Assembly (NCBI GenBank): GCA_024679065.1
Contig: JAGIQG010000009.1
Location: 61,318,001-61,382,000, forward strand
Direction: 5' to 3'
Length of the DNA stretch: 64,000 bases
Source: Sphyrna mokarran
Taxonomy: Eukaryota
Shown piece by piece: positions 14,940 to 25,809 of the stretch. The translations under genes were made by a program, and so were the position numbers. The notes under the pieces are model-generated. The model was not told the DNA's origin and did not search any database. It saw only the letters and a list, made by a program, of their open reading frames with translations. Within the stretch, counting starts at the first letter, position 1; every line of letters starts with the position of its first letter.

Positions 14940-15060
14940 CACCCGCGCTTTCCCAACCTTGATCACCAGCGACCTGCAGCCCCCGCCCACCAATAGGCTC
15001 TGCAGCCGGACTTAACGTCAGCTCGAGTGAGCCAATGGGACAACCCTTGTGGCCAGGAGC
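14940..15060. promoter_or_regulatory. Candidate internal promoter just upstream of the exon 2 equivalent
   Basis: GC box at 14980-88, CCAAT at 14990-94 and 15032-36, CRE-like TAACGTCA at 15013-20, NR5A-like TCAAGGTT at 14955-62 (-), in a CpG-rich context. Confidence 0.45.
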
Positions 15061-15409
15061 ACCTCCTTACCCCCCCCCCCCCCCCACCCCCCCGGCTCCC
15101 CGGATAGTATCAACCTTCCTCCTAAAATAGAGAGGAAGAAAATCAAATGGGAGGAATCCTCACTGTGACCCTTCGCTGTACTTTAACACACTATCACCAC
15201 AATCCCATTCTGCGTCCTGCAGATTTTTTTTTCTCTCTTCTTGCTCCGTGTCAACATCAAACCTTGCAGGAAGTTTTTTTTTTAAACAAACTATACAACG
15301 CCAGCAAGCAAGCCACTTGCTCGCCAGTGCGGTCACACACTGGCTGTGGAGAGTGGATCCGACAGGCTGGTCTTGACCTGGGGGCAGGGAGACCCCAGAC
15401 AACAGTAGA

Positions 15410-16085
15410 GGGGGAACCTCGGCCCCTGGCGGGACAACAGCGAGACCCCAGCCACCGGCCGGACGGCAGAGAGACTCCCAGATCCTTGGCGAGACAACAG
15501 AGACCCTCAGCCCCTGGTGGGAACGCAGGGAGAGCCCCAGCCCCTGGTGGGACAGCAGGGAGACCCTCAGCTCCTGGTGGGACAGCAGGAAGACTGTCAG
15601 CTCCTGGTGGGACAGCAGGGAGACCCCCAGCTCCTAGTGGGACAGCAGGGAGACCCTCAGCTCCTAGTGGGACAGCAGAGAGACCCTCAGCTCCTAGTGG
15701 GACAGCAGAGAGACCCTCAGCTCCTAGTGGGACAGCAGGGAGACCCCCAGCGCTTGGTGGGACAGCAGGGAGACTCCCAGCGCTTGGTGGGACAGCATGG
15801 AGACTCCCGGCTCGGGTGGGACAGCAGGGAGACTCTCAGCTCCTGGTGGGACAGCAGGGAGACTCTCAGCTCCTGGTGGGACAGCAGGGAGACCCTCAGC
15901 TCCTGGTGGGACAGCAAGGAGACCCTCAGCTCCTGGTGGGACAGCAGGGAGATCCCCAGCTCCTGGTGGGACAGCAAGGAGTCCCCCGGCTCTTGGTGGG
16001 ACAGCAGGGAGTCCCCCGGCTCTTGGTGGGACAGCAGGGAGACCCTCAGCCCCTGGCGGGGGACAGCAGAGAGACCCCCAGGCCT
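15410..16085. repeat. 30-bp GC-rich minisatellite, about 19 regular plus about 3 degenerate units
   Basis: Unit CAGCTCCTGGTGGGACAGCAGGGAGACCCT recurs twice per 60-nt line, and the overlapping ORFs show 10-aa periodicity. Confidence 0.95.
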
Positions 16086-17424
16086 GAAAGGAAGGGCAGA
16101 TTGTGAAGGTGGGGTGGGGTGGTGGGCGAGCAGGGTGGTTTATTTGGCATAACGGCAAATCAGTTCACCCAATAAGCAAATAATTTTCAGACGAGTTGTA
16201 TCTGCTATTTTCAAATGATTACACAGTCCGAATGAAACAAATGAGAGCATTTATATCCCGGCATTTCTGAAATGATCAGTCCACAGTTTATTCCGTGGAT
16301 GTGAAACAAGATTAGTTGCAAATACAGACCATTAGACAGGGGACAGCGCAAACACTTCGATTCTTTTCCTATCCCCACAGTTTAGTTCTACAAAAATCAC
16401 TCACGTCGTTTAGTTGAATATGAAGTAAACTTTAGCTGCCAATGATAAAATGATGCGGAATAGCGGAATACTTTTGAGGCATTTCTGGTGTAACTTGGGA
16501 GATGCCAACGTGTTTTTGTTCTTGTAATTCGATTCCACATAATTGCAACTCAAAGGACAACTGTCCCAGTCAATTTTTCCTGCTTTCTGAAGAACGGGTT
16601 GAATCGGATATTCAGAGGGGGCAGAAATTACAAGGGGAGGGGGAGGTAGTGCAATGAATTAGTGTTAGTATTTGCCTGTTTCCGTATTCAAATAGCGGCT
16701 GCACGTGACCCTCACAAAATCAACCTTCGACTGAGTAAATTTTCACCGTGTTCCCGATTTATTCACTTTACCGCGAATCAGCATGGTTACATAAAACGAT
16801 GCCCATACAATCTACTTGTTTTTGACGAGAAAGCACAGCGTATTCGATGCTGCGAAGTTCCCTACAATTTCCGATTAATTGTTGAGTGCAGTAGAGTTTT
16901 TTTTAAACTGCGTTAGTGGAGAGCTGTCACTCTTACTGGGGGGTTTCTAACTGGAGATGCGACAAGTAGAACTAAGTGGGAAGTGGTCACATACCCAGCT
17001 TCACTCCGCTTTAAATACTAAACAGCTGGCAGGGGATAAATCCCCACCCCCCCAAAAAAAAACTCATTTTGAAAGTTCGATACGATGGCACTTGACTGCA
17101 GAATTACTCTATATTACTAATCTTTAATCTGTCGGTTATGAGAGATCCCTGTCATTTGACGGGACTCGCAACAAACGCCTACATGTATTGCAACCAAACT
17201 GCCTTGTGTGTGCTGTCTACTAGTTCCACTGCCAATGTAACACTATCCGGAGCGAGTTAGCCCATATTAAGCCCGCATTGTCCCTTTGAGAAGGGACGGT
17301 CATTAATACTCCCAAGCTATTCTTTCACCAGGTTTCTGACAGCTCACATACTTGGAAAGGTCTCTCTCTCTCTCTGTCTCTCTCCGGCCAATACAATTAC
17401 ATCCAGCTCTCGGAATCCGCTCAC

Positions 17425-17509
17425 CAGTGCAACAGAGCCAGGAATAAACCACAGAGTAAAATTCAATTATTACCACTTGCTCGCCTCTCTCCCTGGCTTT
17501 ACAATTCAT
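17425..17509 (-). other. NR5A2: Candidate first exon of NR5A2 (5' UTR or short coding leader)
   Basis: Strong donor CTG|gtgagc at 17425/17424. ATG at 17509 to the donor is 85 nt (phase 1), open and in frame with the 14672 exon. Lies directly downstream of a GATA/FOXA/CCAAT motif cluster. Confidence 0.5.
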
Positions 17510-17660
17510 ATTTTTATTTACTTATCGGCCCCCTTTTCTCTCTCGCCTTGATAAATATATCTGTGTGATAAAAACACATGACCAATACGGGGAACTGAGC
17601 AGCAATTAGCTGATAACAGCTATTTAGGGAAAGCCCAACCTGAACTTGATCAAGATGTTA
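17510..17660 (-). promoter_or_regulatory. Candidate endoderm-type NR5A2 promoter
   Basis: GATA sites at 17521-26, 17549-54, 17566-71 and 17611-16. FOXA-like TATTTAC at 17515-21, E-box CACATG at 17575-80, CCAAT at 17582-86. NR5A-like TCAAGGCGA (17543-51, -) and TCAAGTTCA (17641-49, -). Confidence 0.55.
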
Positions 17661-19594
17661 CGTTTTGCGTATTGAAATATATTGCTGTGCAAGCCGGTAC
17701 GATTACCACACTGACAAGCCATGCAACTTGGATAGTTCTGCCTGTCATTGCTCTAACAGACTATCTCTATCTATCAATCTATCCATCCGCAATATACTAG
17801 CAATATTTTCACAAAAAGAGATGTATAGTTTAGTTAGCAATCTCGTTCCTGTCTAATTCTCAATCATTAATTTAACAGTGTTATATCGACATAGGCGAGA
17901 ACACACACACCACACACACATACATAACAGTTTATTTTTAATTCCTCTTTTCTAAATGTCTCTTTATTTTTACTTGCATTTTCGTACAATGTGCTGATTT
18001 ATTAATTCCTTCCCTCACATTGATTGACATCAACCCCAGACCCCTTTGCAATCTCTCGATTTGTCTGCTTGCCTGATGTGGCAATGATTGCCCTAAGCAG
18101 CGGATTCAGCAGCACTCTCCTCCTGTGATCACTGGCCGGGGATACAGAAATCACACACCTTTCCCAACACTTTTGCCAATACGGACAATTTGTGAGCAGC
18201 TTCGGATTTAATAACGAGAGAAAAAAAATAGAATTAAGCAAACCAGAAGCTATGTCTGAATGTTTGAAGTTGATTTTGAATTTTCTTCAAAGTGAAAAGT
18301 AACACTTCAATAATGATATATATTATAGCATGTCCTTTCCTATTACCGAAACTTTCAATGTACTTTATATTATCAGAAAACCACCCGACAACAGTTACAA
18401 CCGGGGAAAGGCTGATTTCAACTAACACGTTAAAATTCACAGTAACTTCATTGCAGTGTCAATGTAAGTCTTACTTGTGATTAGTAAATAAATTTTAAAC
18501 TTTAATTCACTTTGTGTCGCCGAGCTTGCTCCTTGAGTCAGGCCCTGTCCAGCACATACTGTTTACAGCGGTGTTTCTAAAGACTGAATCTGCTAACACA
18601 ATCACCGATTTGCAAAGCCTCAGTGCCCGTTATACTGCCAGGACCTGCCGCAGGAGCAATGCCTGCCCTGTCTACCCAGACCGGTCACCTGAAAACAAAA
18701 CACCTTCAGTGTTCCCCAGCTGGCGGGAGGTAATTCTTCCATTAACCTTACATTAGGACAATCTTTCCCCCTTCAATAGAAAACCCGACAAGGGAATCAT
18801 CCGCCTGTGTTAGAGATAGTCCAAAAGCTTGAAGTGAATCTGATTTTTTTCCCCTCCCGGTAGAAGTAAGGGGCACACACAGTTTTCCGTTTCTAAAAGA
18901 AGCAAAAATTCTTCGAAGGATGAATATGTGATAACTTAATCAAATATATCAATGACTTAAATAAGCGCAAGCCACCGACAGGGAGGAATTGAATTTACCA
19001 GTTGGCAGCCAGATTTCTTTCTTAAGGCCCCTGCAACTAGCAGCCTGGAGAGCGGTTCAGCCCCGCAGACTGTGCAAGTTTCCCATTTTTGTGACCCACT
19101 AGTTTTTCCCTAGCACACAGCAGGATGTGTGTGAGCTACACCTACCTGGAACATGTTCGGGTCCTGTCGGATCTCAAGATCCCCTCTCAGCCTGAACGGG
19201 AGCGTTCAATAAATGAAGTCCCACTTACCAAGAGTTCTTAGGTCAGGGTTTGTTGCCTGTGAGTTGCCGAAGGAAGGGCCACTGGACATTATTGGCTGCC
19301 AATCTGACGCCCTTGAAATGTGCAGCTTAAAACATCAAATGACACAGGCGCGGCTTGTAAACTTTGCCGACCTTGGAATGAGAAGGTGCAGTGAGTAACC
19401 TTCGCAGAAACTGGAGTTAAAACACCATTGCGGATTTGGGGAGGCTGCGATGCATGTGCTTGGCCGGACTCTGATCTGCCCTTCGTATCAGTGACCTGCA
19501 GTAAACCATGCTTGCCATTACACGCTGCCCTTCAGTGAGAAGGCTGGAAAATTGGTGTCCTGCTACAGGCCCAGCATGGCCACATGATGTTGCC

Positions 19595-19682
19595 CAAGCT
19601 GATAAGAAGGCCCTGTTATAAACTGACAAGCAAGCGAGATAAGCGCGCTGTTCAGATAATGCCAGATAAATGATTAACCAGG
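19595..19682. promoter_or_regulatory. Candidate GATA/HNF1 enhancer
   Basis: Four co-oriented WGATAA sites (19600, 19637, 19654, 19664) plus an HNF1-like TAAATGATTAAC at 19667-78. Confidence 0.5.
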
Positions 19683-20800
19683 ACAGGAGTGAGGGATGTT
19701 GCGGGCCCCCGGCTCAATACTCGAGTTTTAGGTGCTGGGAGAGGGTCAAGAGATCACACTCAGTGGATAAGCACCTGACCTAACCGTACCCCGGCATCTG
19801 TAAACGAATGCTTTGTGGTTCGACTTTCTGTGCCATTAGTAGTCCAGTCAATGAACTGTAGACTGGAGATATTTTCATTGCTTTAAACTCGCTTCTCTGA
19901 TTTCTGCTAATCATTTTAAGAGAAGCCTTTGTTTTATGGTTTGCAAAAATGTGATTGCTCATTTTTGGGTGCAGTCTTTTTGTAATTGCCTGCTTAATTT
20001 TTCAGGTAGAAGTGAATAAGTGGATTCCACTGGGTACAGGTATTGCAGAGACACTCTGACACAAAAATGAACCTTTCACTTATTGTCTGGTATTCCATGC
20101 AGTCCATCTCTTCTCCCATGTTTTTAATTTCAACCAACACTTGAAAGAGTTGTTAAGAGGAATCAGATGAGGAGCACAGGAGGGCAACTAGCATACCTCT
20201 GACCATATAATACTGATAAATCCTGAGAAAAAGGTTATCATTTGTATATCCTATTTGGGAAATTATTTGAGAAATAGAAGAGCATTCTAACAACAGCTTG
20301 CATTTATTCCCATGTATTGGATAGTGGAAGAAAAAGGAAAATACAAATTTCAATTGCTAAGTATGAAATATTCCCAGCATTGACTCAGCTTCAGCCTTAT
20401 CGATCATTCCATACTCATTCACTAAGGCTCAGTTATATATTAAATGGCATGTACAGTTCTACCATTGTTCCAGAAAGAGAAAATGTTGCTAACGTTTAAA
20501 AATCAAGCATGTTCCAAAAAAAATACCACAGCTAACTTTACCATACATTTTGTCTTGTTCTGTTTGTTTCAATATTGTTTAAATTTGAACAGCTACACAT
20601 AATTATTAACTTAATCATCCTTTTTTTGTTTCAATGCTCATTTCCATTGGATACTTTTTTCTGAATATTTACGTTGAAATGGCAAGTGTTGATGCCAACG
20701 TAAGGAAAAGTGACTTTGGACAGGTGCTGAGTTGAACATGCATGAACACACACAATTCAAATGCTGAAATGTTGGTACAAACAGTTCAGATTGCAGCAGT

Positions 20801-21112
20801 GGGCAGCACAGTGACAGAATGGTTAGCACTGCTGCCTCACAATGCCAGGGATTCGGGTCAATTCCCAGCTTGGGTGCCTGTCTGTGCGAAGTTAGCACAT
20901 TCTCCCTGCGTCTGCGCAGGTTTCCTCTGGGTGCTCCAGTGTCCTCCCACAGTTTGAAAGATGTGCTGGTTAGGTGCATACAGGCCAGGCTAAATTTTCC
21001 GTCAGCATACCCGGACAGGCTCCAGAGTGTGGTGACTAGGGGACTTTCACAGTAACTTCACTGAAGTGTTAATGCAAGCCTGCTTGTGACACTAATGAAC
21101 AAACTGAAACTT
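20801..21112 (+). mobile_element. HE1-like V-SINE
   Basis: tRNA-derived head (ggttagcactgctgcctcac) followed by the V domain (gtttcctctgggtgctccagtgtcctcccacag). Confidence 0.85.
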
Positions 21113-21551
21113 AAAAAGTCCCACCAAACCAATATCCTCTGTAGAACACATACAATCCATTCTTGACTGAGGAATACTTCTGCAAAGCCTTTCCCTTTGG
21201 CCGTACTAAAAACCCAAATATTCTTAAATCCAGCATATATATCTGAGGCAAGTTAAATCTCCTCAATGTAATATTTTCCAGGTACCCGTAGTCCGGAGAT
21301 TACAGATGGAGAGCATATTTAACCAGTCCTATTGGCATTACTCCTAGTTACCTGGACAAAAATAAAGAAAACAGGAAAAACAATTCAGCTAGCCCAATCC
21401 ATCCTTAAATAGCAAATAATGGCCTTCCCAATAGAAAATCCAAACAGCTAGTGAATGACTCAGGGTTTTTTGTCTCTACCGTCCTATCTGGAAAATTATT
21501 CCAGGCATTTTTGATCATTATGCATAATGAGGTGTTTCCTAAACTTAAGTT

Positions 21552-21826
21552 AAACACAAAATACTGTGGATGTTGGAATCTGAAACAAAAACAGGAAATG
21601 CTGGAAAATGTCAGCAGATCTGATAGCATCTCTGGAGAGAGAATAGAGCCAATGTTTCAAGTCTAGATGACCCTTTGTTAGAGCTGTCTGACAAAGAGAG
21701 TGGAGAGAGAGTAGAGGCAATGTTTCGATGAAGGGTCATCTAGACTCAAAATGTTAGCTCTACTCTCTTCCCACAGATACTGTCAGACTTGCTGAGATTT
21801 TCCAGCATCTTTCTGCTTTTGCTTTT
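21552..21826. mobile_element. Penelope-type inverted-repeat element with degenerate hammerhead motifs
   Basis: Arms are reverse complements. GGGTC-ATCTA-GACTY stem-loops on both strands are flanked by CTGANGA-like and GAAA-like boxes. Confidence 0.65.
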
Positions 21827-22139
21827 TAACCATTCATGCCCATTTCTCTTTATCTCACTGTAATGGCTTATGTTGAGATAACATTCAGGATTATTCCATG
21901 TATCTCTGTAAGCCCTTGCTGACTTAGCTCCTTTCAAAGCTGAGGAGTTTGCATTTCTTTTTACATAGCTGAATACTTCTCCAAAAGAGCTCTGAAATAA
22001 TGCCAACGTAAGAATGTTAACTCTATGCCTCTGGAATTCCTCATGCTACTTTTCCAGAAGAGTCCTAGTTCTTTTATGTGAATAGATTAATCTGCCTCTT
22101 AGATTCTTGACTCTTCTCTCCCCCGCTGCTTACTTTTGG

Positions 22140-22635
22140 AATACACTTTAGGAAGGATGTCAAGGGAGTAGCAGAAGAAATTTACAAGAATGGCATTGGA
22201 GATATGAAACTTTAGCTATCTGGAGAGACAAGAGAAGCCAGGATTGGTCTCGTTAGGCAGAGGAGGTTAAGGGGAGATTTGACACAGGGGTTCAAAGTAA
22301 TGAAGAATTTTGACAGGGTAAGTAAAAAGGAACTGTTTCCAGTAAAAGATGGGTCATTAACCAAGACACACTAATGGCAAAAGAACTGGAAGTGAAATAA
22401 AGAGAATGTTTTTTTAAGCAGAGAATTGTAATGGTCTAATAATGCATGAAAAGGTTTTGGAAACAAATTCAGTAATACCTTCAAAAGGAAATGAGGCAAA
22501 TACTTGAATAGGAAAAAATTGCAGGGTAATGGGGACAGAGAAATTGATCGGGTGTAATTGGTTAGCCCTTTTGAAGAACCAGCACAGATGCAATGGACTG
22601 AATGGACTCATTCTTTGTTGCGCATTCTATGATTA
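22140..22635 (+). mobile_element. CR1/HER1 LINE 3' fragment, decayed
   Basis: ORF2 C-terminal remnants (ggttaaggggagattt...) and a CR1-type 3' tail. Confidence 0.65.
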
Positions 22636-22736
22636 TTACTTTGGCTTATTTCAATCCTCATTTTAAAGATTACTCTCGTTGGAGAGTTCCACCTCTGCAA
22701 ACCAGCAAGCTCATTCATCCTGGCACTGAGACATTA

Positions 22737-23588
22737 GTCCTGATTTTTAACATTGTGTTGTACCTGCTTTTGGGCTTGAAAACTTGGTGAAGATGGGCAT
22801 GAGGTGAGTAGTGCGATCCATGGCATCCTCCATGCTGGTTCCCCCTTTACCAAAGCCTGAAAATGATCATGATTGGGACCATGCCCAAAACGGGCACAAT
22901 GGCCATTTAAACACATTTTCATGCATTTAAATTGACTTAGTGGGCTGCAGTCGCAACTTTACCAGCGCTCCTACCTTTACCATCGTGTTTACTCATCCAG
23001 AATTGGCATGAAACAGACATGCTTCGTTATAAGTCCGATTCAGGCTCTCCAGTTAATGAGGAAGTAAGTGCCAGCGTCTGATGACCCTCTGCTTGAGATT
23101 GGTGGAGAGGGAGGTGAGCTCGGTGGCTCTCAGCTTGAGATTGATGGGGGGCACAAAGGTGGGAAGGTGGGTCTGCTGCCACTCTGCCTGAGATCAGCTG
23201 GGGGGAGGGACCCATCATAGGTCTGGGTAGTGGGGGGGGGAGGGGGGATGTTGGGCAGGGGCTAATGGGATCAGTAATTTTGTGGAGCTGTGGCTATGTC
23301 TCTGGGAGCTGGAGAAGGCATTATGCAGCCTGGGAGCAATGTGACAAGTGAGCAACGTTCTATCATTTTTTTTCTACAGATGCACAGTTGGAGGCACCAA
23401 TCGGAGCAGCAGGGTTTCAGGCACATTAAGCCCCACCAACAGACTTGCGCAGATTTGGACTCTCTGATTTTTTTCAGGCACAGTGCATATGGGGGCACCT
23501 CAGAACAGGCCTAAAAGTCGGATCTGAAACATTTCCAGTTTTGAGTATGTCCAGTTTTGAATTTAGAATCAAAATGGTAAAATAGGGC
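22737..23588. mobile_element. GC-rich non-autonomous DNA-transposon-like element
   Basis: Imperfect inverted ends gtcctgatttttaacatt / aatggtaaaatagggc around a GC-rich interior. Confidence 0.4.
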
Positions 23589-24531
23589 TAATCTTTTCAG
23601 TAATGCTCCTACGATAATGAAGAGCTAAATCCTAAGTGGTTTTAAGTTACTGGAATTTATCTCCTGTCTGCACAGGTTCTCTCTCCAGTTTATGAAAGTG
23701 ATAGTGCCTCACATTAGAACTCACCTTAACTTATGTAAAATAAATTTGCCAAACAAAGAATGAAGAGGCACATAATCTAACTGATATATTCAAACAATAT
23801 AGTGGAAAGTTGATTATCTGATGCATGAAGTGAAAAATGAGCAATGTAATGCCAAGCAATTATTTTGTATCTAATGCTGATAAACATAGCTCTTTCCTTT
23901 TCTATAATCATCACCAACTACAAGAATTATGCCAATATGTTTTATCCGATCCTGTGAAGATTTCAGTGGGTTCAATTAATTCCCATCACCTAGCTATCCA
24001 CTGTGTTTTCATTTTCATAACACATAGAATTACTGTCATACAAAAAAAATGAAGAAGTTACACAGTTTGTACTTGTCCTAAAGTGGCTTGGTGTCTCTTG
24101 TCAAGTCTATAGTTCCAAAACCTATTTAATTCATCTTTGCAATAAACGTTTTGAATTTTGTGAGGACCTGGATATGTTTTTTTTAAACGATAGCTAGCTT
24201 CAAATTCATTGTGAAATGAAATTCATTTGAAAGTGACAACCCATCAAGCCAAACCTAGACTAACACAAAGTCTCTACTTTTGTCACATCTTTCACTTAAA
24301 AAAAGCACAGGAAGGAATTTATGAAAGACCCATGAAACATTTGTTTGCTTGTATTCTTTGATTTAACTTCAGGGCCAAGGAAACAGCCTCTGGATTCTTT
24401 TCTGAATCACTTCTGTATTTATTTTATTCTTGCTGATCAGAGCTGAATGCAGTATCCAAGATGAGGCTCCAGGGCAACAGCAATTTGCTTTTATGTATGG
24501 AGCCGTTAGTGTAACAAAATGAACAAAGGAA

Positions 24532-25625
24532 AATACAAATTAGGAGCAGGAGTAGGCCATTCGGCCCTTCAAGCATGCTACATCATTTGACAAGATCATG
24601 GCTGAATTGATTGTGGCCTCAGCTTTCTTTTCTATCCCTTTGACTTTCTTGCCAATTAAGAATCTTTCAAGCTCGGCCTTAAAAATATTCAGTGACCCGG
24701 CCTCACCAACTCTCTGGCAAAGAACAATTCTCTCGGCAGTAGAAAATCTCCTCAGTTTAGTCTTAAATGGGTGATCCCATATTTTTAAACTGTGTCCCCT
24801 GTTCTAGTCCCCCCCGAAAAGAAAATCCTTTTCACATTACTAAAGCTAGCACGAGGGGACATAGCTTCAAATTAAGGGGTGGTAGTTATAGGACGGATGT
24901 CAGAGGTAGGTTCTTTACCCAGAGAGTGGTAAGGGTATGGAATGCCTTGCCTGCTGCAGTTGTAGATGCGCCAAGTTTGGTGGCGTTTAAGAGGTTAGTA
25001 GATAAGTTTATGGAAGAAAAGGGAATGGTTTAGGTTAGAGGGTCATTGCTTTTTCTTAATTGGTCGGTGCAACATCGAAGGCCGAAGGGCCTGTTCTGCG
25101 CTGTAATGTTCTATGTTCTATGTTCTACATCCAATTCCTTTAGGATCTTCACCTCTCATTCTTCCAACACCCAATGGATACAGGCCTATCTGGCCAATCT
25201 TTCCTCAGAAGACAACCTCTTCATCACAGGAATCAGCCTTGTGAAACATCTCTGAGTTGTTTCAATGCAATAATGTCCTTTCTTGAATAGGAAGACCACA
25301 ACTCTACATAGTACTTTAGATGTAGCCTCACCAATGTCCTGTACAACTATAACAAAACATCCCTGCTTTTGCATTGCTTTTGCCCTGTAATAAACAACAT
25401 TTAATCTGTCTTTCTAATCACTTGCTGTACTTACATACTAATGTCTTGTGATTTATGTACAGGATACCAGATCCCTCTGTGCTACAATCTCTTTCCATTT
25501 AAATGGTATACTGCTTTTTTATTCTACCTGCTAATGTAGACAAGTGCACATTTTCCCACATTATATTCCATCTGCTAAATTTTTGCCCAATCACTTAACC
25601 TATCTATATCCCTGTGCAGACTCCT
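24532..25625 (-). mobile_element. CR1 LINE 3' fragment containing a younger + strand CR1 3' end (about 24838-25128)
   Basis: Outer element has the taggagcaggagtaggccattcggccc tail and the KRLSSEERLAR peptide. Inner element encodes TRGHSFKLRGG..VRGRFFTQRVVRVWNALP and ends in (TTCTATG)n. Confidence 0.8.
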
Positions 25626-25626
25626 T

Positions 25627-25763
25627 GGCTGGAATTCTCTGACCTCCCCTGTGGCCAGAATTCTCTAGTCCCACTGCTGTGAACGGAGATTTGGCTGAGT
25701 GCCAAATTCTCTGTTCTCGCTGGCAGCAGTAGCGGGGGCCTGCAAAACCAGAGAGTTTTGCCC
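25627..25763 (+). mobile_element. MITE-like element of about 135 bp
   Basis: Imperfect terminal inverted repeats ggctggaattctct...agagagttttgccc. An inverted sister copy lies at 47179-47298. Confidence 0.6.
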
Positions 25764-25809
25764 TTACACTGTTTTCACATCTTACTCTCCCACCTTACTC
25801 TGTATCAAA

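Noticed and set aside
15147-16158. Long ORFs (319, 211 and 144 aa) with 10-aa repeats
   Set aside because: They are by-products of a 30-bp GC-rich repeat that is open in several frames on both strands, and a 29-bp unit shifts the frame mid-array.
20801-20875. tRNA gene-like A/B boxes
   Set aside because: This is the tRNA-derived head of a V-SINE with no cloverleaf. The same applies to the other copies.
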